A stretch of DNA of 36,318 nt, from IMG/VR virus record IMGVR_UViG_3300032301_000209, positions 1 through 36,318 of that record; one strand, written 5' to 3'. This DNA comes from a virus (Duplodnaviria; Caudoviricetes). The position numbers were made by a program, and so were the translations under genes. Under the pieces are notes generated by a model that was given only the letters and a program-made list of their open reading frames with translations, had not been told where the DNA came from and ran no database searches. Position 1 is the stretch's first letter. Each line of letters starts with the position of its first letter. Shown here piece by piece: positions 18,756 to 28,592 of the stretch.

Positions 18756-20315
18756 TTAGTATTTTGAACCTACTCCTGCAGGATTTACAGCCGGTGGATT
18801 GTATCCTTGAAGAGTAAATGGATTAGTAGAAGCAGCTCCTACTCTAACTGCTTCAGCCGTTGCTCTACCCGATGGGTTAAAGGTAGCACTTTTTATAAAA
18901 CCACGTTGATTTACTGCATTACCAATATTTGGATTTCCTGTTAATAACGCTCCTGCTGATTTAACAAATTGCTCTTGAGTCATAACTTTTCCATCCACAC
19001 CCTTAAATGGTATTACCTTTTGAGTTAACTTACCTCCTTCGTCAGCAAGTGTAACAGTAACACCTGTTGCATCTCTTGTAACTTTTCTAACTGCAGGATT
19101 AATGTCTCTGAAGAAAGTAGTAGCACCCTGAATAGCTGTATTATCTCCACCATATAATGCACTAACTTGATTAGCTATACTTACGGCATTTCTTTTTTCT
19201 TGCTCATCAAGCACTTGCCATTGTTGTGGCTGAAAGCCATAAGGCTGAAATCCTGTTGTTTTAATATCTTTTTCATTATCCAATCTTGCTAACAACTGAA
19301 CTCTAACCCAATCTTTTGCTTCTTTTAATTGAGCTTTATAATTAGCTCCATCAGTATCTATTGTAGGTAACCCTGTAGATGGATTAATCTTAATTAATAT
19401 TTTGTTCTTATCTTTAGCAGCCTCCTCTTTATTATAAGTGAATGAGTCTTGAGCATACTTTCCTGTATTCTCTGTTAATACTGAAGTGATATTATAAGGA
19501 TTGGCAAAGTATGAATCAATCTGTTGGTTTATAGCATTATTTGCATTATCAACCACAGCCTTTACAGCAGGGTCAGTAGATGCTTCATTTTGTTTTAAAC
19601 CCAAAAGCTCAATTACACTACCTTGCTTGGTAGTAGTAGCAGCAGTAAATAAAGTATTCTTTATCTCACCCATATTCTTTACCGTATTATTAATGGCTGT
19701 ATTAGCATCCCAAGTAGGAATATCTGCTAATATCTTACCCTTTAATACATTAACCGGAGCTACATCTTGAGTCAATTCCATCACTCCTGTGTCAGGATTA
19801 GGTCTCATTATACCAACATTTACCACACCTGTTGATGGGTCAATAATAGCTTTTGACTTTGAGAAATCAGCAAAGCCTTCTATTGATGCCATATTAGCAC
19901 CTGTTAAGGCTTGAAGTTTACCACTTTGGATACCCTCCATTTTATTCTTATAGTTGTCTTGATATAGTTTTTGTAATTCAAACAATGTGTTTGTACCATC
20001 TATATAGTTCTGTCTTCTATATGTATAATCTTGCAGCTTCATTTGACCATTCTTTAATAGCCTATTATCAATCATCTGCTGCTCCATCATTGAATGCGCA
20101 TAATCATTTGTAAACTTGTTAGCATCCTGATACTGTCCTTGTGGTGCGTTTTGTAATACGTTTTGAAACTCACGAGTAGCTTGGTCGATGTCAGCTTTCT
20201 TTTTATTACGAATCTCCACCTCTTGCTTAAGCATATCAGATATGCCTTTGCCGACTTCAGCCCAATTTACTTGACTATCTGCGTTTCGTTCTGCGTATTT
20301 ATAATATGTAGCCAT
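18756..20315 (-). CDS. putative internal virion/ejection protein (519 aa)
   Basis: Lies between the small and giant putative ejection genes; Q/N-rich, Cys-free, helical N-terminus. Function inferred from synteny. Confidence 0.55.
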   Translation of the reverse strand: MATYYKYAERNADSQVNWAEVGKGISDMLKQEVEIRNKKKADIDQATREFQNVLQNAPQGQYQDANKFTNDYAHSMMEQQMIDNRLLKNGQMKLQDYTYRRQNYIDGTNTLFELQKLYQDNYKNKMEGIQSGKLQALTGANMASIEGFADFSKSKAIIDPSTGVVNVGIMRPNPDTGVMELTQDVAPVNVLKGKILADIPTWDANTAINNTVKNMGEIKNTLFTAATTTKQGSVIELLGLKQNEASTDPAVKAVVDNANNAINQQIDSYFANPYNITSVLTENTGKYAQDSFTYNKEEAAKDKNKILIKINPSTGLPTIDTDGANYKAQLKEAKDWVRVQLLARLDNEKDIKTTGFQPYGFQPQQWQVLDEQEKRNAVSIANQVSALYGGDNTAIQGATTFFRDINPAVRKVTRDATGVTVTLADEGGKLTQKVIPFKGVDGKVMTQEQFVKSAGALLTGNPNIGNAVNQRGFIKSATFNPSGRATAEAVRVGAASTNPFTLQGYNPPAVNPAGVGSKY

Positions 20316-20341
20316 AGCGTTATTCGGTTTCTTTTTTATTA

Positions 20342-21040
20342 TTAACTACCACCTAATCCGGGTACGTTAAAAGGATTTGTTATAAATGGACTTGATTGAC
20401 CAAATGGATTTTCGTTTTGTGGTAAATCAAATCTATCAGGTCTAACTGATATAAGATTTCCTAATGCATCTGTATCTTGCTTAGAAAACAATGGAACAAA
20501 TGTGCTAACAGCTTGTTGTCCAACACTTGTAAGACCTTGCATTCCTTGCTGAGTAGCTTTAGCTGCTAATCTTTCTGCATCTCTTGCTGCTTGTTGTGCA
20601 CCCTTTACTTCTTCTAAGTATAAATTATATCCAAGACCTGCTAAACGAGCTTCTTCTGCAGCAGACAATTTCTCAAGATTAGTTAACTCTTGACCCATTG
20701 CTGTTCTTATGCCTGCTTGTCCTTGTTGTTGTGCTAATTGAATACGTCCTGCTGTTGCAGCCGCACCTCTTTCACTCTCTACTCCTGCTTGAATAGCTTG
20801 AGCACCTTGAGAAAGTAATGCTTCTCTTTCTAATTCATATGGTTCTTTTTGGATACCTAAAGTATCATAAAAGTTTAGCTCAAGTTTTTTTCTTGCTTCT
20901 ATCATAGCTTGTTCTGCATCTTGCTCTGCTTGACGCTGTGCTTTTTTCTCTTTACCTGCTTGTGCAAAAGACATACCTGTAGTAGTTGCTGTTGCTGCTA
21001 AACTTGCTAATGCTATTGCTGTTGCTGTTGCGATTGCCAT
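20342..21040 (-). CDS. putative small ejection/pilot protein (232 aa)
   Basis: Hydrophobic Ala/Thr N-terminus followed by Ala/Gln-rich coiled coil, as in small podovirus ejection proteins. Confidence 0.65.
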   Translation of the reverse strand: MAIATATAIALASLAATATTTGMSFAQAGKEKKAQRQAEQDAEQAMIEARKKLELNFYDTLGIQKEPYELEREALLSQGAQAIQAGVESERGAAATAGRIQLAQQQGQAGIRTAMGQELTNLEKLSAAEEARLAGLGYNLYLEEVKGAQQAARDAERLAAKATQQGMQGLTSVGQQAVSTFVPLFSKQDTDALGNLISVRPDRFDLPQNENPFGQSSPFITNPFNVPGLGGS

Positions 21041-21041
21041 A

Positions 21042-21452
21042 TTATAATATTTTTATCATTTCGTTCGTATAGGAATCTCCTTTAACGTATCCAAGTTCTT
21101 CGTACATTCCTATAAGACTTTCGTTTTTAATTAATGCGTAACTATATTTACTTCCTGATTTTTTACAAATCTCTGTCAACGCTGACACCAATAACTTAAT
21201 GGCGTCTCTTCTTTGTAGCTTATTGGTATATTCCTTGTTCGATATTATCCAATCTACCCAAGCTACTTTGGAATTAGTCAGATACATAAAGCCGGCACAT
21301 ACAGGTATATCACCATCATAGATTATGATACCACCCTTGCCATCGTTAGGAAGGAAATCTCTTTTTGGAGCTTCCCATTCCCACTGTTTCCACCATCCTA
21401 CGAGAATATCATCGTAATCGGTTTCGCTCAGTTCTTTTATGATTAAATCCAT
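21042..21452 (-). CDS. GNAT-fold protein of the virion module
   Basis: PVCAGFMY...AWVDWIISN...YEELGY; located between nozzle and ejection genes, like T7 gp13-type genes. Confidence 0.7.
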   Translation of the reverse strand: MDLIIKELSETDYDDILVGWWKQWEWEAPKRDFLPNDGKGGIIIYDGDIPVCAGFMYLTNSKVAWVDWIISNKEYTNKLQRRDAIKLLVSALTEICKKSGSKYSYALIKNESLIGMYEELGYVKGDSYTNEMIKIL

Positions 21453-21459
21453 ATTGCTA

Positions 21460-21467
21460 CAAAGATA
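21460..21467 (-). promoter_or_regulatory. Bacteroidota -7 promoter element (TAnnTTTG)
   Basis: Minus strand TATCTTTG in a 21-nt gap, 7 nt before ATG 21452. Confidence 0.6.
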
Positions 21468-21473
21468 TTAAAT

Positions 21474-22277
21474 TTAAGGAAAACTTTTCATAACTTCTGT
21501 TTGAACAACAAAGAGTTCAACTTTACTTGTAGACGAGTTTTCGATATTAAATGTACAATAATGCCCAAGCACCCCGTGAGACTCCGCAACCGAGTTCTTA
21601 ATATACAAGAAAAAGGCATTCTGTATAGGTATAGGAGTGGTTCCCGGTATTGTGGTATCAATGGTTAATTGGTTAACATTATTAGCTAAATCTACTGAAA
21701 TAGCCGTTACCTTACCACATAATACCGGAGTGGTATATGGAGGCACTGAGAAGTATAAAAGGTCTCCAATACTGATAATACTGCCTATTTCTATACCAAT
21801 TGCAAACTTAACCACATTGCCACCTGTCACTTGAGTGCTTCTTCCAATACCATTTACGCTTCTTAAAGCAAGTTCACCAACAGAGTTATTTCTAACAAAT
21901 GCAAAGAAAGAGGCTTCTTTTTTCTCAAACCAATTGGCATCAATAAATCCTGAATACTGCAAGTCAGTTTCTAAAGTAACCCCCCATTTAGCATCACCTT
22001 CTAAGTTAATGGTCTTAAATAACTTATTCTCAAGAGGTGCTGTATTAAATACGCTTTGCAATGTCGATGGAGTATAAGCTCCTGCAGCATTACCAATCTT
22101 TACAAACCAAGGCGCATAGAAAGTATTTCTATTCTCATTTACATTGTGTCTATATAAGTCACCCCCCTTAAAAGTATAGAAATAGTTGTTCATCCCTATC
22201 ATCCATTCAGGAATAAAGGAATAAAAGGATACCCACCCTTTGACTAAATTGCTATAAGATAATGTATAATTTGCCAT
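21474..22277 (-). CDS. tail protein; probable detached C-terminal part of the nozzle/stabilization protein
   Basis: Starts TLSYS..VKGWVSFYSFIPE, then K.FKTINLEG and F.KKE..FFA, recalled as C-terminal motifs of crAss-like tail stabilization proteins. Confidence 0.6.
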   Translation of the reverse strand: MANYTLSYSNLVKGWVSFYSFIPEWMIGMNNYFYTFKGGDLYRHNVNENRNTFYAPWFVKIGNAAGAYTPSTLQSVFNTAPLENKLFKTINLEGDAKWGVTLETDLQYSGFIDANWFEKKEASFFAFVRNNSVGELALRSVNGIGRSTQVTGGNVVKFAIGIEIGSIISIGDLLYFSVPPYTTPVLCGKVTAISVDLANNVNQLTIDTTIPGTTPIPIQNAFFLYIKNSVAESHGVLGHYCTFNIENSSTSKVELFVVQTEVMKSFP

Positions 22278-22288
22278 AGTTATTTATT

Positions 22289-22798
22289 TTAAATCGGACA
22301 TAAAGGCAACATCGGCCAAAACGATTGATGCGTTAATGAAGTGCTATATGATGCTATTATTGTACCTCCTGAATTTCTTAATTCCAATGTAAAATAAACC
22401 GGAGTAGCCGAACCACTTGGCTCAAAATACACTAATTCCCCCGTAGGTGGCGTTGAATCAGATACCGTAACAGTTGCTGTACTTGATGGTAATCCTGTAG
22501 TTCTTGTTATATAAGAGCCTGCAGGAGCGTTAATTGTATTGATTGTATATTTTACTGAGCAAGCTGCGTTATCATTACAATTATTTTGTCTACAAATAGG
22601 AGAGCCTAATGAAATACTTGGTGTACAAGAAGGGCATTCTTGTTGTGGTAATAATATACAATTTAACTGCTGTCTTACTATTACACCATTAGAATAGAAT
22701 CCATTAGGCGCACATTGAGTCAAAGCAGCATTTGTAAATACTGCTGTTGCCGAAGCAAGAGATGGTGCGTTTAAATAGTATGATGAACTTGTTGCCAT
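22289..22798 (-). CDS. Cys-rich putative tail accessory protein (169 aa)
   Basis: 8 Cys; 106 aa near its C-terminus duplicate the end of the upstream 1613-aa protein. Confidence 0.75.
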   Translation of the reverse strand: MATSSSYYLNAPSLASATAVFTNAALTQCAPNGFYSNGVIVRQQLNCILLPQQECPSCTPSISLGSPICRQNNCNDNAACSVKYTINTINAPAGSYITRTTGLPSSTATVTVSDSTPPTGELVYFEPSGSATPVYFTLELRNSGGTIIASYSTSLTHQSFWPMLPLCPI

Positions 22799-23135
22799 TT
22801 ATTTTTATTTAAAATTAGCACAATGGTAACATTGGCCAAAATGATTGATGAGTTAATGATGTACTTGATGTAGCTATTATAGTTCCACCTGAATTTCTTA
22901 ACTCAAGAGTAAAGTAAACAGGTGTAGCTGAACCACTTGGCTCAAAGTATAATATTTCACCTGTAGGTGGAGTCGAGTCGCTTATTGTAACCGTTGCAGT
23001 ACTTGATGGAAATCCTGTAGTACGTGTTATATATGAACCTGCCGGTGCATTAGTCGTATTAATGCCATATCTTACAGAACAAGCAGCATTATCGTTGCAA
23101 TTATTTTGTCTGCATATAGGAGCACCTAATGAAAT
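22298..23135 (-). repeat. diverged 318-bp direct repeat (22298-22615 and 22818-23135)
   Basis: Ungapped alignment; 96 of 106 aa identical by hand count; most DNA differences are synonymous. Confidence 0.95.
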
Positions 23136-26100
23136 AGTCGCTGCAAAACAATTGGCTTGACACTCTTCTAAAGTCGCATAAGTACCTGTTCCATCACCCG
23201 GGTCTACACAATTACCGCTTTCGCAGTCATAAGACTCTATTACAGGCTCACCACAGCCACAACAAGCGTCTTCTGCACTTACAGCAGAGTAGCATAATGT
23301 AATGGCTACAGCAGCCCTAAAATCCCATATTAAATACAAGTTATTTAATAATGCAGGAACGGTAAAATTAGCATAGTTATTTGAGCCTCCTCCTTGATTT
23401 GGAGTAGCTGTAACAGCTAATGCTAACAAGGCATTAATATCAGCACTATTATTACCATAAATAGTATTTGACATCAAGTACTTAAACTTGTCCGTTGCAG
23501 GATTAAACACAAATGTGTCAGTAGAAAGTTGGTTAGAAATTAAACTAACTGTACTTCCTGCAGGAGGAACTGCTCCTGTTCCTACAAAGTTAGTAGTAGC
23601 ATTATATCTTGATACAAGAGGATTAGCAGTACCTGATGCAAAAGTCACAAGGCTTGATTGCAATGGCGAAACATACGCTCCATTTACATATCTATATTGA
23701 GTATGAATGGTCTCTCCTGAGTCATAATCACTCGTTAAAACTATCTGAACAATTGTAAGTGCAACTGCATTTGTACAATTTGGAAGTACATTTAGCGTTA
23801 TATTTCCAATATAATCAATAGTAATAGTAGCTGTTTCTACAGACACATTGTTTTTATTAAAAGCTAAAGTACCGCCTGTATTTACAAATCCTGTCGTAGT
23901 TGTAACTCCATTATATAAAACCGATATTCTAAATTGAGCACCTGAGCTTATTGCTGCAACGCTATAATTAATATTAGTTGAACCAACAGTAGGACCAAAG
24001 TCAACACAAAACTGAGTAGACTTTTGTTGAGCAAGAGGTGTTGTCAAGCTAAAGGTCTGAGAAATACCACATTGTAAACATTGAGGATTGTCAGGTAAAT
24101 TTACTTCGTTGCTTGATAATACATATTCATTCAGATACGGGTCAAATCCTCCTATCTTTTGAGTATTAAAAGACTCGTTAAAGGTATCTCTAAACCACGT
24201 TCTCATATTCATATCAGATGCAACTATTAACTCTTCGTTAGAATACGAGTTACCTCTTAATTGAATAACGGCTCCACGCTTAACATCAGTAAAATATCTA
24301 TCATATCCCCATTGAACGTAACTCTCAGGATTGAAGCTAATACCATACTTCTCAGTACGAGCAATTTGCGTACCTAATATTTCAGGAACAGATGCTACAA
24401 CTCCTCCACCTGTGGAGTCAGAAATTAAGTTTTTACTTGCTAAAACGTACGAAATTTTGTCTTCTTGTAATACAAGAATATCTGTTTCTCTGCCATCCAT
24501 CAAATAAATAGCACCAAAAGAAGGTTCACAAACTTTGTAGTTAATTAAACCTAAGTTAAATTCATTTAGCTTATTCACATTAGACTCAGCACTATATACT
24601 CCACTATATGTAATATCAGAAAATCTGTCTGCTTCTTTATAATCTTGAGCAGATACACTCGTAACCCTGTTACCAAAATTAAATGAGTTACCTACTATTG
24701 AGTCTCTAATCTTATAACTTTCCGCTCCGTTTCCAAAAGAAAAGCAGTTAAAGAACTTGGTATCAACAATAGCAGGTGTTCCTGTTGAAAAATTTTGGTC
24801 TTGGATATTACCTAAATGATTGCCATTTACTATGGCAAAAGACATTTCATTTTCAAAAAACACATCAGGCAGAGCCTCTGAAGGTTGCGTTTCAAATATT
24901 AAATTCTTATCAGAACGAAATACTGTTATGTTAACTTCTACAGTAGATGCTCTTGCATTTGGAAAATTTAAACCCGTACAAGGCAATGTACCGGTTACCA
25001 TTAATTGCAATTGATTAGTAGAAGTGTTTCTATAAAATCTGTAATAATTTGTGCATAAATCAGTTAATATATCACCTGCAGTATTAGTAATTGTCGAGGT
25101 AAACTCGTTATCAGGAATACATTGACCACCACCTGCATATCTTATCCCATCATTTAAAAACTGAGCTATATCTTCCCCAACAAACCAATCATACATATTG
25201 TCATATGCATTTGCTGATATAAATGTTTTTTCTAATAAATTTCTTCTTTCTTCACAATCATTTCCAACTCCTCCTCTTGATTGTCTAATATACATTACAA
25301 TTCTACTACCCGCAGGTACATCGTAATCTACCCAAGCAGAAGTAACTGAATCATATCTATTCATTGGATAATAAAGAATAGGATAGTTTCCGCCTCTTGG
25401 AGAAGTAACCGTAATTTTTCCCGGAGCTATGATAGCTAATTCATCCTGAACAATATTAAAGCTGTTAGGATTAATCTTCATATATACTCCCGCAGGAATT
25501 GGTATAAGTACGTCAGGGTCTAATGCACTTGGTATTTCTATAAAATTTGACGTCTGAGATGATTTCTCAAGCACAGTGGCATACACACAAGAAGTGGTAG
25601 CACCATTTGAGTCAGCTTTAACAATCAATCTATCACCCGCTTCTACCTTACGTGCATTCTCACCTTCAAGCAAAAAGTAAGCATTATTTGTTAATGGGTC
25701 CTCAAAGAATATGCTACAATAAATTGTCTCATAGTTTTCTTCATCAGGCTTGATAACAAACTTATATCTTGTCGCCCAAAAAGGTGGTAATTGACTTGGA
25801 GGTATTGTTACTTGAATAGAGTTTTTATTAGCAGAGAATCCACAAGGTATGTGCTCTGTATTATTAGGACTTACAAGAGCAGTTGTTGCTCTGTTAAAAT
25901 CATCCATATACACAATGCCAATCTCGTAATCACGATTGCTATGTAAACTTTGTGTGTTTGCAATTTCTTGGAATGTAGCCTGAGCTAATGTTACCTGATA
26001 ATACTCATAAACCGTTTGAGTAGGTGTTGTTACATTATTAACATAACGCATAGCAGGAAACTGAAAACCAATTTCACTACTACCCGGACTTGTAATAATA

Positions 26101-27656
26101 TTGATTGGCTGACCAACTGCACTTATACCACTACCATTTTTAATTAAAGCATCTAAATTATTCGGTATAGCACAGTTAAATGCATCTGTAAAAGTTGTGC
26201 CATTACAAGCATTTGCAATAAGTTGAATATTAGCTGCAGTACCAACTGCGTTTTGAAACTCAACGCTTGTAGCTAAATCATATACTGATGCATAATCGGT
26301 AGATAAGAAAAATGCAAAGTTTAATCTAACTATATCTGTTGTTTCAGTTGGAAATGGTGTTTGACCGCTAAATTCAGAATGAGTTATGCTAACATCTAAA
26401 CTAATTGCAGAACCTGAAATTAAATTTTGACCTCCTAAATCAAACGTAACCACTGCGTTAGCAATAGTTACAGTACCATTAATTGAGTAGTTACCTGAAG
26501 CAAGTCCATCAGTAATACTTGTATTGCCTATAGGAGTTGATATTAAATCAGTTGTGTACTCAAATTTGACAGGAGCACCGTATTGGTCTATTAAATCATA
26601 TCCTTCTACATAGTTACCATACATTAACCTATTACCCATAATAGTCTGAGCCTTTGCGAATCTTGGCACGTTATCGTATAATCTAAGTAATTCTGCTTCT
26701 GACAATACGGTAAATATCTTGCTGTTAGTAAAAGTATATTGATACTCAGTATTATTTGCAAGTCCTAAATTAGACTTGTCAAGTTTCTCAATAACTTTAA
26801 TAACACTTCCATCAGCATTTTTAAATAATAAATCTAAACCAACTACAAGCGAACTTCCTGAATTGTAAGTAATTATAGCAGAGTTGCAAAAGTTAGTCAT
26901 ACCATCATTCAAAAAACTCTCAGTACTAAAGCTAAAAGGATTAGGAACAAAAGCAGGTTGAGACCACTGAGAAGTAGCACTATACTCTCCATCTATATAT
27001 TTATATCTATATGCAAAGCAAATAAATCTTGTATTTAAAAAATTCTCTTGACCATTAGTTACAATAGGCTCAACAGTTGGTGACTCTACAGGTGGCTTCT
27101 TAATAACAAGCAAAGATTCTGCTGTAATTTGGTCTATATTACTAATTGGATTAGGATAGTTTCTATTAATATTTATACATCTTGGAGCATTATAATCATC
27201 AGTAAAGAACAATAAATCATTTAATATATCAATACCCGTAATCAAATATTTAGGGTTAAAGTTTAACGTAGTATTAACACCTCCTCCATTATTAATAGAT
27301 AGAACGTGATAAGTTAACACATTTGTGTAAACATTAAAAGAAACAATCAAATCAAGTTTTCCTGTGGCACCTACTGAAAAGTTTGAGTCGTGTATAAACC
27401 AATAGATGGTCTCAGTAGCGCTATCTTGTAATGCACCAATACATCTTGCAGATGAACTAAGTGCAGTTCCGTTAATATATGCTAATGAAGTAAGAGGTAA
27501 ATTACCTTTTGTATTCTCAAGAACCCCCATCTCTGAGTCTCCTGTAGAACCCATCCTAATATTCATAGCATCGATATACTCTCCTTCAGGTAATAAGCGT
27601 TGGTCTACACCCTTATTCATCTTACCTGCCGTAAAGTTCCTTGTAAATTTTGCCAT
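22815..27656 (-). CDS. tail nozzle/stabilization protein (P22 gp10 / crAss muzzle-like) with Cys-rich C-terminal extension
   Basis: F..GKMNK..D.RL.P.GEY.DA.NIR start, LFFTD..N.PR.IN, FAYRYKY.DGEYS, GNRLMYGNY, YGIS.NPES, YFTD..RG.V; follows ring proteins. Confidence 0.8.
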   Translation of the reverse strand: MAKFTRNFTAGKMNKGVDQRLLPEGEYIDAMNIRMGSTGDSEMGVLENTKGNLPLTSLAYINGTALSSSARCIGALQDSATETIYWFIHDSNFSVGATGKLDLIVSFNVYTNVLTYHVLSINNGGGVNTTLNFNPKYLITGIDILNDLLFFTDDYNAPRCININRNYPNPISNIDQITAESLLVIKKPPVESPTVEPIVTNGQENFLNTRFICFAYRYKYIDGEYSATSQWSQPAFVPNPFSFSTESFLNDGMTNFCNSAIITYNSGSSLVVGLDLLFKNADGSVIKVIEKLDKSNLGLANNTEYQYTFTNSKIFTVLSEAELLRLYDNVPRFAKAQTIMGNRLMYGNYVEGYDLIDQYGAPVKFEYTTDLISTPIGNTSITDGLASGNYSINGTVTIANAVVTFDLGGQNLISGSAISLDVSITHSEFSGQTPFPTETTDIVRLNFAFFLSTDYASVYDLATSVEFQNAVGTAANIQLIANACNGTTFTDAFNCAIPNNLDALIKNGSGISAVGQPINIITSPGSSEIGFQFPAMRYVNNVTTPTQTVYEYYQVTLAQATFQEIANTQSLHSNRDYEIGIVYMDDFNRATTALVSPNNTEHIPCGFSANKNSIQVTIPPSQLPPFWATRYKFVIKPDEENYETIYCSIFFEDPLTNNAYFLLEGENARKVEAGDRLIVKADSNGATTSCVYATVLEKSSQTSNFIEIPSALDPDVLIPIPAGVYMKINPNSFNIVQDELAIIAPGKITVTSPRGGNYPILYYPMNRYDSVTSAWVDYDVPAGSRIVMYIRQSRGGVGNDCEERRNLLEKTFISANAYDNMYDWFVGEDIAQFLNDGIRYAGGGQCIPDNEFTSTITNTAGDILTDLCTNYYRFYRNTSTNQLQLMVTGTLPCTGLNFPNARASTVEVNITVFRSDKNLIFETQPSEALPDVFFENEMSFAIVNGNHLGNIQDQNFSTGTPAIVDTKFFNCFSFGNGAESYKIRDSIVGNSFNFGNRVTSVSAQDYKEADRFSDITYSGVYSAESNVNKLNEFNLGLINYKVCEPSFGAIYLMDGRETDILVLQEDKISYVLASKNLISDSTGGGVVASVPEILGTQIARTEKYGISFNPESYVQWGYDRYFTDVKRGAVIQLRGNSYSNEELIVASDMNMRTWFRDTFNESFNTQKIGGFDPYLNEYVLSSNEVNLPDNPQCLQCGISQTFSLTTPLAQQKSTQFCVDFGPTVGSTNINYSVAAISSGAQFRISVLYNGVTTTTGFVNTGGTLAFNKNNVSVETATITIDYIGNITLNVLPNCTNAVALTIVQIVLTSDYDSGETIHTQYRYVNGAYVSPLQSSLVTFASGTANPLVSRYNATTNFVGTGAVPPAGSTVSLISNQLSTDTFVFNPATDKFKYLMSNTIYGNNSADINALLALAVTATPNQGGGSNNYANFTVPALLNNLYLIWDFRAAVAITLCYSAVSAEDACCGCGEPVIESYDCESGNCVDPGDGTGTYATLEECQANCFAATISLGAPICRQNNCNDNAACSVRYGINTTNAPAGSYITRTTGFPSSTATVTISDSTPPTGEILYFEPSGSATPVYFTLELRNSGGTIIATSSTSLTHQSFWPMLPLC

Positions 27657-27657
27657 T

Positions 27658-28581
27658 TTATTTTATTTGCTTGTCCATACCTCTTAAGTTCATTAAGAGT
27701 CTACCCGGATGAATATTGCTAATTCTTATTTTTGCATTGCTTAATAACGCTCTTCTCTTCTTACGTGCACGAGCAACCACATATTCCTGAACACCAAGTT
27801 TAGAACTTAGTATTTCATACTCAATTGCTGCATAAATATAAGCCTCAAATAACTTATTAACCGTAATCAATGAGTTGTCTCCGCCTTCCATACCATCAGA
27901 AACATATTCAAGAATGCAAGACTCACCTGACATTGACGAGTCAAAGTTAATAACTCCTGCTTTTCTATCAATATTAAATGTAGGATTAAAGTTTGCAGTC
28001 TCTGTATTTAATCCATAAGCAGCTCCAATATTGCCTTCAAAATACCACATTCCATCATAATTCCATCCTAACTGACCATTAAATTGATTGCCTTGGTTTA
28101 AATAAATGCTTTTTTTAGTCTTAGTCAATCTATCAAAGTCAATATTTGAATACTGAGGACTTAATGCATTCCCATCTTGGTCGAATAAGATACGACCTGT
28201 ATTATCTTGTAAGTATGCCTTAGATGAAAGCGTTTGAATATTTTCAGACAATGGGCGTAACCATCCGTCTTTATACAATGAAACACGTACCCAATTCACA
28301 TAATCAGAAGGTAAAATGTATCTCAACATATCAGGAACAGTAAGTTCTAATACTTTAATCTCTTTAAATGCATCATAGTTTAACTCCTGAATTGCACGCT
28401 TAGCGTGAAACAATACTTTATAACGCTCTTCGTTATTAACCAATGAATGGTTGCCTGCATACATTAATAAAAAGTTATTTACAATGTCTTGTAAACTAAC
28501 ATATTGATATGAACCCCAATTGGCGTCCTCGGGAGTAACACCTCCATTCTCATAGTATTGATATTGTGATATATATGCCAT
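27658..28581 (-). CDS. putative tail ring/adaptor protein (307 aa)
   Basis: FHAKRAIQELNYD, LPSDYVNWVR, ILEYVSDG motifs; between capsid and nozzle genes. Confidence 0.65.
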   Translation of the reverse strand: MAYISQYQYYENGGVTPEDANWGSYQYVSLQDIVNNFLLMYAGNHSLVNNEERYKVLFHAKRAIQELNYDAFKEIKVLELTVPDMLRYILPSDYVNWVRVSLYKDGWLRPLSENIQTLSSKAYLQDNTGRILFDQDGNALSPQYSNIDFDRLTKTKKSIYLNQGNQFNGQLGWNYDGMWYFEGNIGAAYGLNTETANFNPTFNIDRKAGVINFDSSMSGESCILEYVSDGMEGGDNSLITVNKLFEAYIYAAIEYEILSSKLGVQEYVVARARKKRRALLSNAKIRISNIHPGRLLMNLRGMDKQIK

Positions 28582-28592
28582 TGCTTATAATT

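Noticed and set aside
22298-23135. Diversity-generating retroelement TR/VR pair
   Set aside because: Differences are mostly synonymous and not confined to adenines of one copy, both copies are coding, and no reverse transcriptase is in the window.
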